NCBI RefSeq assembly: GCF_006345805.1
Contig: NW_021829857.1
Location: 1 to 6,919, forward strand
DNA: 6,919 bases
Reading direction: 5' to 3'
Origin: Octopus sinensis
Lineage: Eukaryota
Shown: positions 6,365 to 6,919 of the stretch, in pieces
Layout of the letters: every line of letters starts with the position of its first letter
Position numbering within the stretch: the stretch's first letter is position 1
Position numbers and translations under genes: made by a program
The notes under the pieces: model-generated
What the model was told of the DNA's origin: nothing
Seen by the model: the letters and a program-made list of their open reading frames with translations, nothing else
The model's database searches: none

Positions 6365-6578
6365 ATCTGAACCCCACCCCAAATAACCATCACTTGACAA
6401 CCTATGTTGGTCTGTTTACAACCCTTTAAGTTAGTTTGGCAAAAGAGACTGATAGAATAAGTCCTCGGCTTACGAAGAATAAATCCTGGGGTCGATTTGT
6501 TTGACTAAAACCCTTTAAGGCAGTGCTCCAGCATGGCTGCAGTCAAATAACTGAAACAAGTAAAAGAAACAAAGAATG
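6365..6578 (+). mobile_element. 3' half of an octopus-type SINE; probable continuation of the head at 2932-3093
   Basis: accatcacttgacaacctatgttggt...ggcaaaagagactgatagaataag...ggggtcgatttgtttgactaa...gtgctccagcatggctgcagtcaaataactgaaacaagtaaaaga. This is the recalled downstream half of the same SINE consensus, and its end is homologous to 828-955. Confidence 0.8.
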
Positions 6579-6593
6579 TAATATATTTAGATG

Positions 6594-6778
6594 CAGGGTT
6601 TCCCATCCAGGGGTGCACACACCGCTTGGGGGTGCGAGCAGGGCTGGATTTATATGGGGTCAAAGTCAGCAATTGCTCCGGGCACCTTTATTCTTATATA
6701 AACTATTACTTTAAGGGGTGTGAGAACATATTAAAGGTTTTTAAGGGTGCAGGGCATAAAAAAGGTTGGGAACCCCTT
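6594..6778. mobile_element. hAT-like MITE (~185 bp)
   Basis: Imperfect TIRs cagggtttcccatcc and ggttgggaacccct, resembling the CAGGGGTTCCCAA ends of hAT/Charlie-type non-autonomous elements. Internal GGGGTGC(G/A) subterminal motifs. No clean 8-bp TSD. Confidence 0.65.
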
Positions 6779-6789
6779 CGATAGATAAA

Positions 6790-6919
6790 CAGACAGATGT
6801 GAGATTTGGCTGCTATTTCTAGCAGTAACTCTGGCATCCATTAAGCATTGAAACATTCTATATTTAAATGTCTTTTCTTTCTGCCTCCCTCTCAGTATTT
6901 TCTGTTTCCTTCTTCGCGC
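6790..6919 (+). repeat. Dispersed repeat copy, homologous to 2016-2150; runs to the window edge
   Basis: See 2016-2150; also shares gatttggctgcta..tctagcag..ctctggcat with 2404-2433. Confidence 0.7.

Overview
AT-rich eukaryotic non-coding DNA made of microsatellites, tRNA-type SINEs and small non-autonomous elements. The SINE sequences match families I recall from Octopus (coleoid cephalopod) genomes; that assignment is recognition, not a database result. No credible protein-coding gene is present: the supplied ORFs are artefacts of (TA)n/(TG)n tracts, SINEs or random open frames. The main signal is four type I hammerhead ribozyme (HHR) motifs in two unrelated elements. (1) A 973-bp element (3165-4137) has two 386-bp direct repeats (5 substitutions, no indels, period 587 bp), each with a + strand HHR. 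Double self-cleavage would release a 587-nt monomer, a retrozyme/Penelope-pLTR-like architecture. (2) An ~250-bp fold-back element (4195-4441, copy at 5287-5541) has ~75-bp inverted arms enclosing a minimal - strand HHR, and lies in an ~1.09-kb tandem duplication. Both elements sit in (TA)n tracts. The whole ~3.2-kb cluster appears nested inside the internal microsatellite of one SINE (head 2932-3093, tail ~6365-6578). A CpG-rich, promoter-like segment lies at ~221-605 and a hAT-like MITE at 6594-6778.
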